A stretch of DNA of 54,449 nt from NCBI GenBank assembly GCA_902794055.1, contig CADBGC010000008.1, positions 1 through 54,449 of the forward strand, written 5' to 3'. Under the pieces are notes generated by a model. The model worked only from the letters and a program-made list of their open reading frames with translations. It searched no databases and was not told where the DNA came from. Position 1 is the first letter of the stretch. Each line of letters starts with the position of its first letter. Made by a program: the position numbers and the translations under genes. Shown here piece by piece: positions 54,269 through 54,449 of the stretch. This DNA comes from an uncultured Eubacteriales bacterium. Its GTDB lineage: Bacteria; Bacillota; Clostridia; Christensenellales; CAG-138.

Positions 54269-54449
54269 TTTGTTTTTCCACCTTTCCGATATATGCGATA
54301 AATGCCGAAAGACTGACAGCCGCCGCGATAAAATGCACCGCAAGCGGTATCGCCTTGATGATAAGCTCATACAGCGGCGCGCCGTGCCTTATAAGCACGA
54401 TGCAGCCGATGGTCCAAACCGCGCTCACCACCGCCGAGGGCACGAGCGA
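54252..54449 (-). CDS. 3' end of a membrane protein gene that enters from beyond the window
   Basis: The frame is open to the window edge, and the hydrophobic C-terminus reads ...SAVWTIGCIVLIRHGAPLYELIIKAIPLAVHFIAAAVSL... It overlaps the ATPase start by 17 nt. Confidence 0.3.
   Translation of the reverse strand, partial: SLVPSAVVSAVWTIGCIVLIRHGAPLYELIIKAIPLAVHFIAAAVSLSAFIAYIGKVEKQNAYGF

Overview
This window is a high-GC chromosomal segment (sampled lines about 55-62% G+C) from a spore-forming, anaerobic Firmicute. It looks Clostridia / Oscillospiraceae-like, based on spoIID, the hydEFG [FeFe]-hydrogenase maturases, glgCD and dockerin-bearing proteins. Most of it is ordinary housekeeping content. 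This includes a five-gene tRNA operon (Arg-His-Gln-Lys-Leu), a uridine-kinase-like ATPase, spoIID, nfeD-floA, gdhA, a regulator-hydE-hydG-hydF operon, glgC-glgD, mreC-mreD-PBP2, tgt, two tRNA-Ser genes and two MATE exporters. It also includes an M28 peptidase, a feoA-feoA-feoB operon, three tandem LRR+dockerin paralogues, and a LytTR/ABC-2 cluster. Many long ORFs in the track are antisense artefacts of the high GC. The strongest accessory signal is an AT-rich single-gene islet of about 1.5 kb at roughly 32.83-34.40 kb (sampled line about 35% G+C). It sits inside the 3' end of the second MATE gene and is flanked by an imperfect duplication of about 95 bp of that 3' end. It has no recombinase. 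Its 452-aa protein has a C-terminal half carrying the SIR2_2-type motif series (GAGxS, NYNFD, HxHG, GFSxxD) and an N-terminal module of about 150 aa with a D...ExK pattern. I read this as a candidate stand-alone NADase-type anti-phage defence gene whose architecture I do not recognise from named SIR2 systems. Other observations worth a second look:
- A dispersed intergenic element, seen four times, made of tandem 7-nt repeats (consensus AGTGAAK) followed by a hairpin.
- A duplicated tRNA-Leu 3' end with its terminator, plus an apparently mismatched tRNA-Leu acceptor stem.
- A long terminator-containing leader upstream of the hydrogenase-maturation operon.
- Two low-GC islets, at 15.9-16.9 kb and 29.9-30.7 kb.
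- GTTAG/CTAAC palindromes in the feo operon.
- A 77-bp direct repeat associated with a small ORF that is not in the track.
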